From the NCBI GenBank assembly GCA_963764715.1, contig CAVXTP010000002.1, forward strand, positions 1-64,000: a stretch of DNA of 64,000 bases, written 5' to 3'. This DNA is from an uncultured Acidobacteriota bacterium. Its GTDB lineage: Bacteria; Acidobacteriota; Thermoanaerobaculia; UBA5066; Gp7-AA6. Under the pieces are notes generated by a model, which was given only the letters and a program-made list of their open reading frames with translations, was not told where the DNA came from and searched no databases. Positions 10,878 to 20,515 of the stretch are shown here, piece by piece. Within the stretch, counting starts at the first letter, position 1, and the number at the start of each line of letters is the position of its first letter. The translations under genes and the position numbers were made by a program.

Positions 10878-11614
10878 GGAAGCTCTTCGCCATCGTCGGC
10901 CGGGAGTGGCGCGCGTACTTCCTGTCGCCGCTCGCCTACGTCGTGCTCGCCGCGTTCCTCCTGATGAACGGCTTCATCTTCACGATCATCGTGAACTTCC
11001 TCAACTCCCCGCAGGCCCCCAAGGGCCAGGCGCTGATCCTCCTCTTCTCGAACACGTACTTCTGGATCTTCAACCTCTTCGTCGTGCCGATCATCGCGAT
11101 GCGTCTGTTCGCCGAGGAGCGCAAGTCCGGCACGCTCGAGATGCTCCTGACGTCCCCGGTGTCGGAGGGGACGGTCGTGCTCGGCAAGTTTCTCGGCGCG
11201 CTCGGGTTCTTCCTGACGCTCTGGATCCCGACGCTCGCGTACGTGGCGATCCTGCGCTGGCAGACGCCGATCGACCTCGGGCCGGTCGCCGCGGCCTACC
11301 TCGCCGTCGCGCTGATGGGCGGCTATTTCCTCTCGGTCGGCCTCTTCGCGTCGACCCTCACCAAGAACCAGATCGTCGCCGCCATCTTCGCCTTCGCGAT
11401 GCTGATCGTGATCTTCTCGGGCGGGCTCCTCCAGTCCGCCGTGAACGACCCCGACAAGCGGGAGTTCTTCGCCTACTTCAACGTGTGGGAGCACATGGAG
11501 GACTTCGCGCGCGGCGTCGTCGACACGCGGCGGGTCGTCTACTACGTTTCCGCCACGATCTTCTTCCTCTTCCTGACGACCGTGTCGGTCTCGGCCAAGA
11601 AGGAGACCCCGTGA
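10874..11614 (+). CDS. ABC-2 permease (GldF-like)
   Basis: REWRAYFLSPLAY, MRLFAEERKSGTLEMLLTSP, GKFLG, FARGVVDTR; GTGA overlap. Confidence 0.9.
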   Translation: MRKLFAIVGREWRAYFLSPLAYVVLAAFLLMNGFIFTIIVNFLNSPQAPKGQALILLFSNTYFWIFNLFVVPIIAMRLFAEERKSGTLEMLLTSPVSEGTVVLGKFLGALGFFLTLWIPTLAYVAILRWQTPIDLGPVAAAYLAVALMGGYFLSVGLFASTLTKNQIVAAIFAFAMLIVIFSGGLLQSAVNDPDKREFFAYFNVWEHMEDFARGVVDTRRVVYYVSATIFFLFLTTVSVSAKKETP

Positions 11615-13077
11615 AGGCCCGGGCCGTCCGGGCGGGCACGTCCGCCGTCGCGGTCGTTCTGGGCGTGGCGCTGCTCGTCGGGATCAACTACCTGTCGGCC
11701 CGTCACTGGGCCCGCGGCGACTGGACCTCGACCCGGATCTACTCGATCTCGGAGCAGACGCGGAAGGTCCTGGCGGGACTCAAGAAACCCGTGCGCGTCA
11801 CCGTCTTCATGACGTCCGGTGCGAGGCTCTATCAGCCGGTGCGCGAGCTCCTCTCGCGCTACCAGGCGATTTCGCCGAAGATCGAGGTCGAGTACCTCGA
11901 CCCGACGCGCAACGTGGCCCGGGCCGAGGCCCTGCTCAAGGAATTCGGCGTCCGCCAGAACACCGTGGTCTTCCGCTCGGGCGACCGCAAGAAGTACGTC
12001 GAGGAGGACAAGCTCGCGGACTTCGACTTCGCCGCCGCCCAGATGGGCGGGACGCCGACGATCAAGGCCTTCAAGGGCGAGGAGGCGTTCACGTCGGCGA
12101 TCCTGGCGGTCTCCGAGGAGAAACAGCCCAGGATCGTGTTCACGCAGGGCCACAACGAAGCGTCGCTCGAGTCGAGCGAGCGCGGGCGCGGCTACTCGGA
12201 GGCCAAGCAGCTGCTCGAGCGCGACAACATGACGGTCGCGACCTGGGCCTCGCTCGGCAAGGACGACCTTCCGGCGGGAACCGACGTCGTCGTCGTCGCC
12301 GGGCCGCGGACCGCGTTCCTCGCCCCGGAGTCTGGCGCCCTCGAGAAGCACCTGGCGGAGGGCGGCCATGCCCTGATCCTGCTCGACCCGGTCCTTCCCG
12401 GCCCGGGCGCGCCGCCGCCGGACCTCGGCTTCGCCGCGCTCCTCGGCAAGTACGGCCTCCGGCTCGGCAACGACATCGTGGTCGATCCGTCGAACGCCCT
12501 GCCGATGGTGGGGGCCGAGACGGTCCTCGCGAACAAGTACGGTAGCCATCCCATCGTGAAGCCGCTCTCGGCCGAGGACCTCCCGGTGGTCTTCCCGCTG
12601 GCGCGGTCGGTGACGAAGGCGGAGAAGCCTCCGGAGGGCATCGCCGAGACGATGCTCGTCGAGACCTCGCCGGAGGGCTGGGGCGAGACGAACCTCAAGG
12701 CCCTCGCCGAGGGCAACGGCGCCATCCAGAAGGAGGCCGGCGACACGCCCGGTCCCGTCTCGATCGCGGTCGCGGTCGGCCCGGCCGACGAGAAGAAGGC
12801 CGACGGGAAGGTCCCGCGCCTCGTCGTCATCGGGAACTCCCGCTTCGCCGGCGACGGCTCGATCGCCAACGGAGGCAACGGCGTCCTGCTCGCCAACGCG
12901 ATCCACTGGCTGACCGGCAGCGAGAAGCAGATCGGCATCGCGCCGAAGACCATCGAGCAGGCATCGCTTTCGCTGACCGACTCGCAGGTCCGGCGGATCG
13001 GCATCTTCGCGATCGCCGGCCTCCCGGGCCTCGCCATCCTCCTCGGTCTCTGGGTCTGGTACCGGCGCAGGGACTGA
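11611..13077 (+). CDS. GldG-family ABC auxiliary component
   Basis: N-terminal TM, DWTSTRIYSIS, FTQGHNE, VVAGP, RLVVIGNS, NAIHWL, C-terminal TM ending WYRRRD. Confidence 0.85.
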   Translation: MKARAVRAGTSAVAVVLGVALLVGINYLSARHWARGDWTSTRIYSISEQTRKVLAGLKKPVRVTVFMTSGARLYQPVRELLSRYQAISPKIEVEYLDPTRNVARAEALLKEFGVRQNTVVFRSGDRKKYVEEDKLADFDFAAAQMGGTPTIKAFKGEEAFTSAILAVSEEKQPRIVFTQGHNEASLESSERGRGYSEAKQLLERDNMTVATWASLGKDDLPAGTDVVVVAGPRTAFLAPESGALEKHLAEGGHALILLDPVLPGPGAPPPDLGFAALLGKYGLRLGNDIVVDPSNALPMVGAETVLANKYGSHPIVKPLSAEDLPVVFPLARSVTKAEKPPEGIAETMLVETSPEGWGETNLKALAEGNGAIQKEAGDTPGPVSIAVAVGPADEKKADGKVPRLVVIGNSRFAGDGSIANGGNGVLLANAIHWLTGSEKQIGIAPKTIEQASLSLTDSQVRRIGIFAIAGLPGLAILLGLWVWYRRRD

Positions 13078-13084
13078 TCCCGTC

Positions 13085-14434
13085 GTGTCCGCGCGCAAGC
13101 TCCTCGCCCTCACGGCCTTCGTGGCGGCGCTCTTCGCGTTCATCTTCCTCTTCGAGCGCAAGATGCCCTCGACCGCCGAGCGCCAGCGCAAGGGCAACCT
13201 CTACTGGGACCTCCCCGAGGACCGGCTGACGGGCCTCACGCTGACGCGCGGCCCGGAGATCGTCGAGCTCGCGCGGGCCGACGGCGCGGCTCCGTGGCGG
13301 CTGGTCAAGCCGGATGCCTATCCCGCGGACACCTTCGCCGTGAACAGCGCCGCCGGCGAGCTGACGGAGCTGAAGCAGGCCTCGGTCGACTCGGCCGAGG
13401 CGAGGCCGCAGGATTACGGCCTCGACCACCCGGTCGCGACCGCGAAGCTCGTCTGGACCGACGCCGACGAGCCGTCGGCGGTGAAGACGCGCACGATCGA
13501 ATTCGGCGTCGACATCCCGGGCACGGACATCACCGCCGCGCGCGTGGCGGGCCAGTCGACGGTGCTGTTCGTGCCGTCGTCGGCCCTGGCCGCCGTCAAG
13601 AAGCCGGTCGACGACTTCCGCAGCCGCGACGTCTTCGGCGGGCGCGCCGCCGACGTCAGCCGCATCGAGATCTTCCGGGGCCGCGGCCGCCTCGTCCTCT
13701 TCCGGCGGGACGGGACCTGGTGGCTCTCGGAGCCCGTCGCGGACCTCGCCGACGTCGCCGAAGCGGACCGGTTCGCCGGCCAGTTGACGGGCCTCCGGAC
13801 GCTCGAGTTCCTGCACGGCGGGGAGGACCTCGCCGCGCTGTCGCTCCAGCCGCCCCTCTACCGCGTCAGCCTGACGGGGGAGAAGGGCGCCGTGACGTCG
13901 GTCGACTTCGGGGCGACCCGCTCGGACGGGAATTCGGTCTACGCGCGGAGGGACGGCCGCGTCCTCACGGTGGACCAGGAGATCGTCGCCGAGCTCTCCA
14001 AGGAGTCCGAGGCGTTCCGCAGCACGAGCCTCGTCGCCTTCAACCGGGGCGACGTGACGTCGGTCGAGGCCGACTTCCAGACCGACAAGCACACCCTGAC
14101 CCGCGACGCCACGGGCTGGACGGCCGGCGGAAAGCCCGTCCTCGCCTCGGCCGCGGACGACGTCCTGGCCGCGATCGCGGCGTTGAAGAGCAAGGGGTTC
14201 GTCGACGACGCCGCGGTCAAGGCGCTGCCGCCGCCGGCCTCGACGGTCATCGTCCGGACGAAGACGGGGCCGCCGTGGACGATCAGCCTGCGGCCGCGCG
14301 CCGGCGAGCTCGTCGCGACCGTGTCCTCGCGCCCGGGAGGGTTCGTGCTCGAGGGCGACGTCTCGGGCAAGCTCGGCGCGGCCTTCGCCCGGGCCGTGAC
14401 GCCCCCGACGCCCGCGCCGACGAAGAAGCCCTAG
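13085..14434 (+). CDS. DUF4340-like periplasmic protein
   Basis: N-terminal anchor; repeated W-L..P...AD and YGLDHP units; typical position after GldG. Confidence 0.75.
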   Translation: MSARKLLALTAFVAALFAFIFLFERKMPSTAERQRKGNLYWDLPEDRLTGLTLTRGPEIVELARADGAAPWRLVKPDAYPADTFAVNSAAGELTELKQASVDSAEARPQDYGLDHPVATAKLVWTDADEPSAVKTRTIEFGVDIPGTDITAARVAGQSTVLFVPSSALAAVKKPVDDFRSRDVFGGRAADVSRIEIFRGRGRLVLFRRDGTWWLSEPVADLADVAEADRFAGQLTGLRTLEFLHGGEDLAALSLQPPLYRVSLTGEKGAVTSVDFGATRSDGNSVYARRDGRVLTVDQEIVAELSKESEAFRSTSLVAFNRGDVTSVEADFQTDKHTLTRDATGWTAGGKPVLASAADDVLAAIAALKSKGFVDDAAVKALPPPASTVIVRTKTGPPWTISLRPRAGELVATVSSRPGGFVLEGDVSGKLGAAFARAVTPPTPAPTKKP

Positions 14435-14440
14435 GCCGGC

Positions 14441-15877
14441 CTACCTCCGGCCGGTCAGGTGCGGCGCCTTCTTGGTCGCCTCGGCCTCGAGCTCGGCGAT
14501 CCGCTTCTGGCGCTTGGCTTCCTTCTCGTCGAGGGCCTTGGTCTTCTTCTCCTTGGCCTTCGAGAACGAGGTCGACAGGGAAAAGAGCAGGCCGTGGCCC
14601 TTGGGCGGCTTGGCCCGACGCGCGGTCGCTCCCCAGAACTTCGTCTTCTTGAAGATCGCCTCGGAGAAGTCGGAGTTGGCGAGGTCCGCGCCCTTCAGGT
14701 CCGCGTCGGTGAAGTTGGCCCCGATCGCGCGGGCGAACCGGAAGTCCGCGTCCTGCAGGCTCGCGCCGGTGAAGTTGGCCCCGATCAGGAGGGCGCCGGA
14801 GAGGTCGGCGTCGAAGCCCTTGGCCTGGCTGAAGTCGGCGCGCTTCAGGTTGGCCTGGCGGAAGCTGCCGAGGGAGAGGTCCGCCCGCGAGAAGTTGACG
14901 CCTTCGGCCTGGACCTCGCCGAGGTCGGCGCCCGAGAACGACGCGCCGACGAAGGAGTACGGCTTGAGATTGGCCCGCCGGAACACGGTCTTCGAGAGGT
15001 CCGCGTTCTGGAAGCTCGCCTTTTCGAACCGCGCCGAGCGCAGGTCGACCTCCGTGAGCTTCGCTTCCGAGAAACTGACGTCGGAGCCGCCGGCGTCGAG
15101 GAAGATGGCGCGCCGCAGGTCGGCCTTGCGGACCCTGGCCCGGTCGAAACCGGCCGCCGTGAAGTTCGCTTCGACCGCCGAGACGAGCTCCAGGTCGGCG
15201 TCGGTGAACTCGGCGCGCTCGCAATCGGCCGCGTTCAGGGCGGCCTGCCGGAGGATCGCGCCCGCGAAGTTGGCCTTGCGCAGGTCCGCCCCCGTCAGGT
15301 CGGCCGTCTTGAGGTTGGCGCCGCTGAAGTTCGCGTTGGGGAAGGAGCCGCGCACGGCCGAGACGCCCTCGAAGACCGCGCGGGAGAGGTCGGCCCCGTC
15401 GAAGTGGGCGCCGGCGACCTTCACCCCGCGGAAGTTGACGTCGCGCAGGACGGCCCCGGCGAGGTTCGCGTTGGAGAGGTCGGCGCCTTCGAGGCGGGTG
15501 AACGAGAGGTCCGCGCCGGCGAGGTCGGTCCCGACGAGCGCGACGCTCTGGAGCGAGGCCGAGCGAAAGCGCGCGCCCGCGAAGAACACGCCGGAGAAGT
15601 CGAGGAAGTCGAGCGCGCAGTGCTCGAGGACGGCGCCGGCCGCCTGGGCGCCGGCGAACTTCGCGTTGCGCAGCGTCGCGCGCGTCAGGTCCGCGCCGGC
15701 CAGGTTGGCCTTCGAGAGGTCCGCGCGCGTCAGGTCGGCGCGCTTGAGGTCCTTGCCGGAAAGGTCCCGGCCCGCGAGCTCCGCGCCCGTCAGGTCGGGC
15801 GTGACGTTGGGGTTCTTGACGCGCCAGTCGTTCCACTCCGGCGACAGCAGGAGCCGCTGATGTTCGGGGTTGGCCAT
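14441..15877 (-). CDS. Large pentapeptide-repeat protein with Lys-rich C-terminal tail
   Basis: MANPEHQ..EWNDWR start, several hundred residues of A(D/N)(L/F)xx repeats. Confidence 0.9.
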   Translation of the reverse strand: MANPEHQRLLLSPEWNDWRVKNPNVTPDLTGAELAGRDLSGKDLKRADLTRADLSKANLAGADLTRATLRNAKFAGAQAAGAVLEHCALDFLDFSGVFFAGARFRSASLQSVALVGTDLAGADLSFTRLEGADLSNANLAGAVLRDVNFRGVKVAGAHFDGADLSRAVFEGVSAVRGSFPNANFSGANLKTADLTGADLRKANFAGAILRQAALNAADCERAEFTDADLELVSAVEANFTAAGFDRARVRKADLRRAIFLDAGGSDVSFSEAKLTEVDLRSARFEKASFQNADLSKTVFRRANLKPYSFVGASFSGADLGEVQAEGVNFSRADLSLGSFRQANLKRADFSQAKGFDADLSGALLIGANFTGASLQDADFRFARAIGANFTDADLKGADLANSDFSEAIFKKTKFWGATARRAKPPKGHGLLFSLSTSFSKAKEKKTKALDEKEAKRQKRIAELEAEATKKAPHLTGRR

Positions 15878-15885
15878 GCGCGGCC

Positions 15886-15921
15886 ATTGTAACCGGCCCG
15901 CCGCGCAAGGCGCGTTACAAT
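15886..15921. promoter_or_regulatory. Symmetric divergent -10 boxes (TACAAT on each strand), probably leaderless transcripts
   Basis: ATTGTAAC (15886-15893) and GTTACAAT (15914-15921); each TACAAT is 7-8 nt from an ATG. Confidence 0.6.
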
Positions 15922-15928
15922 CCCCGCC

Positions 15929-17434
15929 ATGAGCACCGCCGCGACGTCGCCTCTGATCGCTGCGCCTTCGAAGGCGATGGAGCGGATCCGGAAGGCCCTG
16001 CTCGGCGGCCACCCGCTGCTCTACGTGCTGTCGTGGGAGGAGTCGCGCGTCGAGCGCCTCGCGCAGCATCTCGCCAAGACGTTCTACGGCGCGCCCTGCC
16101 CGTACGGCGTGTGGTCGATCGTCGAGGGGCTGGTCGTGGACGGCGCTCCGGTGCCCGGAACGCGGGACCCCGTCAAGGCGCTCGAGGCGATCCTGAACGC
16201 GAGCGGCAAGGGCTTCTACCTCCTCAAGGACTTTCCGACGGGGGGCGAGGGACACCCCGACGTCGTCCGCCGGATGCGCGATCTCTACCGGGCGCTCAAG
16301 GACCGCGGCCGCCACGTGCTCTTCGTGTCGCCGCGCCTGGCCATCCCCGAAGAGGCGAAGAAGGAGATGTACGTCGTCGAGTACGAGCTGCCCGACGACT
16401 CCGAGATCGGAAAGCTTCTCGAGGGCCACCTGCGCCGCCGGCTCGGCGTCGAGATCGACGAGGCCTCGATGCGGCGTCTCGGCATGGCGATGCGCGGCCT
16501 GACGGCCGACGAGATCGGGCACCTCGTCTCCAAGACCTTCGCCTCGCGCAAGACGTTCGACGAGGCGGCGTACTTCGAGGTCCTCGCGGAGAAGGAGCAG
16601 ATGTCGCGCAAGGAGGGCGTGCTGGAGTTCGTGCCGCCGCGCTTCTCGCTCGACGACGTCGGGGGCTACAACGTCCTCAAGACCTGGCTCCTGAAGCGCC
16701 AGGCGCTCTTCTCGCGCGACGCCCTCGACGCCGGGATCCCGATCCCCAAGGGGATCCTCCTCATGGGGATCTCCGGCTGCGGAAAGAGCCTCTGCGTCAA
16801 GACCATCTCGACCCTCTGGAACCTGCCCCTCTTCCGGCTCGACATGAACGCCGTCTTCGGCACCGACAATCCGGAGATGACCTTTCTCCGCGCGCTGCGC
16901 GCGGTCGAGGCGGTCTCGCCGGCGGTGCTCTGGATCGACGAGATCGAGATGGGCGTCGGCGGATACCGCGAGGGCCAGGACGCCTCGATGTCGCGCATCT
17001 TCTCGGGGTTCCTGACCTGGATGCAGGAGAAGTCGGCCCTCGTGTTCGTGGCCGCGACGGCGAACCGCATCCACCTCCTTCCCGCCGAGATCATCCGGAA
17101 GGGCCGCTTCGACCAGGTCTTCTTCGTCGACCTGCCGAACGAAGAGGAGCGCAAGCAGATCTTCTCGATCCACCTCAAGAAGGCCAAGTGCGACGTGGGC
17201 CGCTTCGACCTCGTGTTCCTCGCCAAGGCGACCAACGGGTGGAACGGGGCCGAGATCGAGCAGGCCGTCGTCTCGGGCGTCGTCGACGCGTACGCCGAGA
17301 ACCGGACCCTGAACGAAGACGACATGTACAAGATGATCTCGGCCACCGTGCCCCTGGCGGTGACCATGGAAGAGCAGATCAAGCAGATCCGCAGCTGGGC
17401 GCACGAGCGCGCGCTGAACGCTTCGCAGGCCTGA
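15929..17434 (+). CDS. Ycf46-like AAA ATPase
   Basis: EESR N-terminal motif, DDVGGYNVLKTWL, GISGCGKS, LWIDEIE, ATAN, RKGRFDQVFFVDLP. Confidence 0.85.
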   Translation: MSTAATSPLIAAPSKAMERIRKALLGGHPLLYVLSWEESRVERLAQHLAKTFYGAPCPYGVWSIVEGLVVDGAPVPGTRDPVKALEAILNASGKGFYLLKDFPTGGEGHPDVVRRMRDLYRALKDRGRHVLFVSPRLAIPEEAKKEMYVVEYELPDDSEIGKLLEGHLRRRLGVEIDEASMRRLGMAMRGLTADEIGHLVSKTFASRKTFDEAAYFEVLAEKEQMSRKEGVLEFVPPRFSLDDVGGYNVLKTWLLKRQALFSRDALDAGIPIPKGILLMGISGCGKSLCVKTISTLWNLPLFRLDMNAVFGTDNPEMTFLRALRAVEAVSPAVLWIDEIEMGVGGYREGQDASMSRIFSGFLTWMQEKSALVFVAATANRIHLLPAEIIRKGRFDQVFFVDLPNEEERKQIFSIHLKKAKCDVGRFDLVFLAKATNGWNGAEIEQAVVSGVVDAYAENRTLNEDDMYKMISATVPLAVTMEEQIKQIRSWAHERALNASQA

Positions 17435-17444
17435 CGCCGTCGCC

Positions 17445-17897
17445 GTGAAGCGGCTCGTCCTCGCGGCCCTCCTCGCGGGCGGGGCGTACGTCGCGTACCG
17501 GTACGCCGTCGTCGACGCGCCGGTCCGGGCCGGGAAGCGATTCCTCGAGGCGTGGGGCCGGGAGGACACTCCGGCGGCCGCGGCCATGACCGTGGGCGAC
17601 GCGGCCCGGAAGAGCGTCGAAACCAACGTTTTCCGGGGCGTCTGCCAGGCGCCGATGGAGGCGTTGCGGGGCTCGCGCTCCTCCGTCGAGTCCCGCACGA
17701 AGGGGCCGGAGGACGAAGCGGTGCTCACGATGCGCCAGGTCGTCGCCTTCGATCCGCCCGGGATGACCACGGGCCTGGGCGGCGCGATGGCGGCCACGTT
17801 CCGGCACGTGGTCACGCTGAAGAAGACGCCGGAGGGCTGGAGAGTCGCCGCGTTCGAGCCGAAGTTCCTGGACGCGGTCGCGACGCGCGGACGGTGA
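17445..17897 (+). CDS. Hypothetical exported protein (NTF2-like fold possible)
   Basis: Signal/anchor sequence; LKKTPEGWRV C-terminal motif. Confidence 0.6.
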   Translation: MKRLVLAALLAGGAYVAYRYAVVDAPVRAGKRFLEAWGREDTPAAAAMTVGDAARKSVETNVFRGVCQAPMEALRGSRSSVESRTKGPEDEAVLTMRQVVAFDPPGMTTGLGGAMAATFRHVVTLKKTPEGWRVAAFEPKFLDAVATRGR

Positions 17898-17920
17898 GTC
17901 GCCCGCCGGCCCGACTCCGG

Positions 17921-18011
17921 AGGGCGGCCCCGAGCCGCCCCGACGATCGGAGCGATGCCGACGCGGAGCCTTCCGCCTCGCCGGAGTAGGGGCGGGGCTT
18001 GTCCCCGCCCT
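17921..18011. repeat. REP doublet: degenerate reverse copy (17921-17944) plus GTAG-type REP (17986-18011)
   Basis: GTAG GGGCGGGG CTTGT CCCCGCCC T; reverse copy reads GTCG GGGCGGC TCGGG GCCGCCC T; lies between convergent genes. Confidence 0.75.
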
Positions 18012-18028
18012 TCGAGACGACGGAGCCC

Positions 18029-18673
18029 TCAGTTGCGCCGCGGGTCGAGCTCGGGAGGACGGAAGGGCGCCAGGAACCGGAGCCGTCCCTGCCACTCGAG
18101 CATCCGGCCCGCGAGGGCCTCGAAGCGCGAGGCGACCGAGTCGATCTCAAGGAGGGCCTGGAGCTCGGCCGGGGCGTAGCGCAGGCGCAGGGCGATCTCC
18201 GAGGCGAGGCGTTCGGCCGGCAGGGTCTCCTCGGGCAGCGGTGGCAGCCCGAGCTCCTGCGCGATGACGCCGAAGAGCGCGGCGGCGGCGGCGGTGACCC
18301 GCCCTTCCTCGGTCCGGTCGGCGAACGGCAGCGAACGCACCTCCTCCACGCGGGCCACCCGGTACGGGCCGCCGGGCGCCTCCTCGAGGACGCGGTAGCG
18401 GAAGCGCCCCTCGAGAAGGATGTTGTACCGGCCGTCCTCGAGCTCCTCGGACTCGACGATCTCGCCCGCTCCCCCGACGGGGTAGATCCGCGGGTCCTGG
18501 CCCTCCCCGGCGGCTTCCCACCCCGGGTAGAGCATGGCCATCCCGATGGTCCGGTCGCCGGCGAGGGCGTCGGCGACCATCGTGCGGTAGCGCGGCTCGA
18601 AGATGTGGAGGGGGAGGATCGTCCCCGGCATGAGCACGACGCCGGGCAGCGGAAAGAGCGGGATCCGTCTCAT
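18029..18673 (-). CDS. Stand-alone LON substrate-binding domain protein
   Basis: IPLFPLPGVVLMPG..LPLHIFEPRY, DGRYNILLEG. Confidence 0.88.
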   Translation of the reverse strand: MRRIPLFPLPGVVLMPGTILPLHIFEPRYRTMVADALAGDRTIGMAMLYPGWEAAGEGQDPRIYPVGGAGEIVESEELEDGRYNILLEGRFRYRVLEEAPGGPYRVARVEEVRSLPFADRTEEGRVTAAAAALFGVIAQELGLPPLPEETLPAERLASEIALRLRYAPAELQALLEIDSVASRFEALAGRMLEWQGRLRFLAPFRPPELDPRRN

Positions 18674-19077
18674 GGCCCTCCCGGCGGCGGGGGCCCGGAC
18701 GACGCCGCGCCCGGCGCGGACCTGGAGAGCGCGAGGACGTACGCCACGGTCTGCCGGATCTCCTCGTCGGTCAGTTTACCCTCGAACTTCGGCATCGGAT
18801 CACGTCCCCGGCGGATCTGCCGTTCGATCGCCGCGGCCGAGCCGTCGCCTCGCCATCGACCGTCGAGGAGGTTGGCGTACGGAAAATGGCCGGCCACGAT
18901 GGTCCGGCCGTCGCCGTTCTCGTTGTGGCAGGAAGCGCACCGGCGCTCGTAGATGCGGCGGCCCGCGGCCTGGTCACGGTCCACCCGCGCTCCGTCGGGC
19001 AGCGGCGCGTCCTGACACGCCACCGCGAGGCCGCCGAACAGGAGCGCGAGGAGCGCGAAGAAGCCCCGGGGGCGCAC
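18670..19077 (-). CDS. Monoheme cytochrome c, probable lipoprotein
   Basis: LAVAC lipobox-like, CASCH, PMPKF axial Met. Confidence 0.85.
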   Translation of the reverse strand: MRPRGFFALLALLFGGLAVACQDAPLPDGARVDRDQAAGRRIYERRCASCHNENGDGRTIVAGHFPYANLLDGRWRGDGSAAAIERQIRRGRDPMPKFEGKLTDEEIRQTVAYVLALSRSAPGAASSGPPPPGGP

Positions 19078-19172
19078 GCGCGGCAGTCTAGCGCAGCGGT
19101 TCCGCCCGCTCCCGCTCTTGACCCAACCTTCATTTGGCCTCGACCGGGCGCCGTGCTAAGGTTCCCGCCCTC

Positions 19173-19409
19173 GTGGCCGACCGCAAGGACAAGGTGGCGG
19201 AGAACGCCGCCGGAAAGTACTACGTGGACTCGCAGTGCATCGACTGCGACGTCTGCCGCGTCACCGCGCCGACGTGCTTCCAGCGCAACGAGGACCGGGG
19301 TTACTCCTACGTGTTCCGCCAGCCCGAGACCCCGGAAGAGGACGCCCAGTGCCAGGAGGCCATGGACTCGTGCCCGGTCGAGGCCATCGGCCGCGACGGC
19401 GCCGACTAG
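19173..19409 (+). CDS. Ferredoxin
   Basis: YYVDSQCIDCDVC...CPVEAIG. Confidence 0.9.
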   Translation: MADRKDKVAENAAGKYYVDSQCIDCDVCRVTAPTCFQRNEDRGYSYVFRQPETPEEDAQCQEAMDSCPVEAIGRDGAD

Positions 19410-19410
19410 C

Positions 19411-19532
19411 GTTCTGTCACCGAAGTTTCGACAGCGCCATTCGGCGCCGCGACAACCCCCGGGGCTCTCGCTCTTCGGCCTTCCTGAATCTTTCGAGCAA
19501 AGAGATTGACGCCCGGACTTCCGTGACAGGAC
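19411..19532. mobile_element. MITE-like 122-bp element with imperfect 16-bp terminal inverted repeats
   Basis: gttctgtcaccgaagt (19411-19426) vs reverse complement of 19517-19532 gtcctgtcacggaagt, 14/16 identical; no ORF. Confidence 0.5.
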
Positions 19533-19550
19533 TTTGGCGGCGAACGCCGG

Positions 19551-20501
19551 TCAGCGGGGTCTCCGGTCCTCGGGCGGCAGGCTGCGGAAATACTCGATCG
19601 TCCGCCCGAGGCCTTCGTCGAGCGCGACCCGCGGCTCCCAGCCGAGCAACGTCCGGGCCCGGGTGATGTCGGGCTGGCGGACCTTCGGGTCGTCGACCGG
19701 CAGCGGCCGGAACACGATCTCGCTCCGGGTGCCGGTGAGCCGCTGGATGGTCTTCGCGAAGTCGAGGACCGAGAGCTCGGCCGGGTTCCCGATGTTGACC
19801 GGATCGACGACGTCCGAGAGGAGCAGGCGGTAGATGCCGTCGATGAGGTCGGCGACGTAGCAGAAGGACCGCGTCTGGGAGCCGTCTCCGAACACCGTCA
19901 TCGGCTCGCCGGCGAGCGCCTGGCAGATCAGCGCGGGCACGACGCGGCCGTCGTGAGGCCGCATCCGCGCGCCGTAGGTGTTGAAGATGCGGGCGATCCG
20001 GGTCGCGACACCGTGCGCGCGATGGTAGGCCATCGTGATCGCCTCGGCGAAGCGCTTGGCCTCGTCGTAGACGCCGCGCGGACCGATCGGGTTGACGTTG
20101 CCCCAGTAGGTCTCGGGCTGCGGGTGGACGAGCGGGTCGCCGTAGACCTCGGACGTCGAGGCCAGGAGGAACCGCGACCCCTTGGCGAGCGCCAGGCCCA
20201 GCGCGTTGTGGGTGCCGAGCGAGCCGACCTTGAGCGTCTTGATCGGATGCTCGAGATAGTCGATCGGGGAGGCGGGCGACGCGAAGTGCATGACCGCGTC
20301 GACGGGACCGTCCACGAAGATGTACTCGGCGACGTTGTGGCGGACGAAGCGAAACCGCCGCTCCTCCTCGAGGTGCGCCAGGTTGCGCATGTTGCCCGTC
20401 AGGAGGTTGTCCATGCAGATGACTTCGTGGCCCTCGGCGAGCAGCCGGTCGCACAGGTGGCTGCCCAGGAATCCCGCCCCGCCCGTGACCAGAATCCGCA
20501 T
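19551..20501 (-). CDS. UDP-glucuronate decarboxylase (UDP-xylose synthase-like SDR)
   Basis: [48 protein letters not shown]. Confidence 0.92.
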   Translation of the reverse strand: MRILVTGGAGFLGSHLCDRLLAEGHEVICMDNLLTGNMRNLAHLEEERRFRFVRHNVAEYIFVDGPVDAVMHFASPASPIDYLEHPIKTLKVGSLGTHNALGLALAKGSRFLLASTSEVYGDPLVHPQPETYWGNVNPIGPRGVYDEAKRFAEAITMAYHRAHGVATRIARIFNTYGARMRPHDGRVVPALICQALAGEPMTVFGDGSQTRSFCYVADLIDGIYRLLLSDVVDPVNIGNPAELSVLDFAKTIQRLTGTRSEIVFRPLPVDDPKVRQPDITRARTLLGWEPRVALDEGLGRTIEYFRSLPPEDRRPR

Positions 20502-20515
20502 GCCTCCGCCTTTCG

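Noticed and set aside
14600-15800. 15-bp DNA periodicity
   Set aside because: Fully explained by pentapeptide protein repeats
19411-19532. 6S RNA or tRNA
   Set aside because: Too short for 6S and no continuous long duplex; no cloverleaf or T-arm motif
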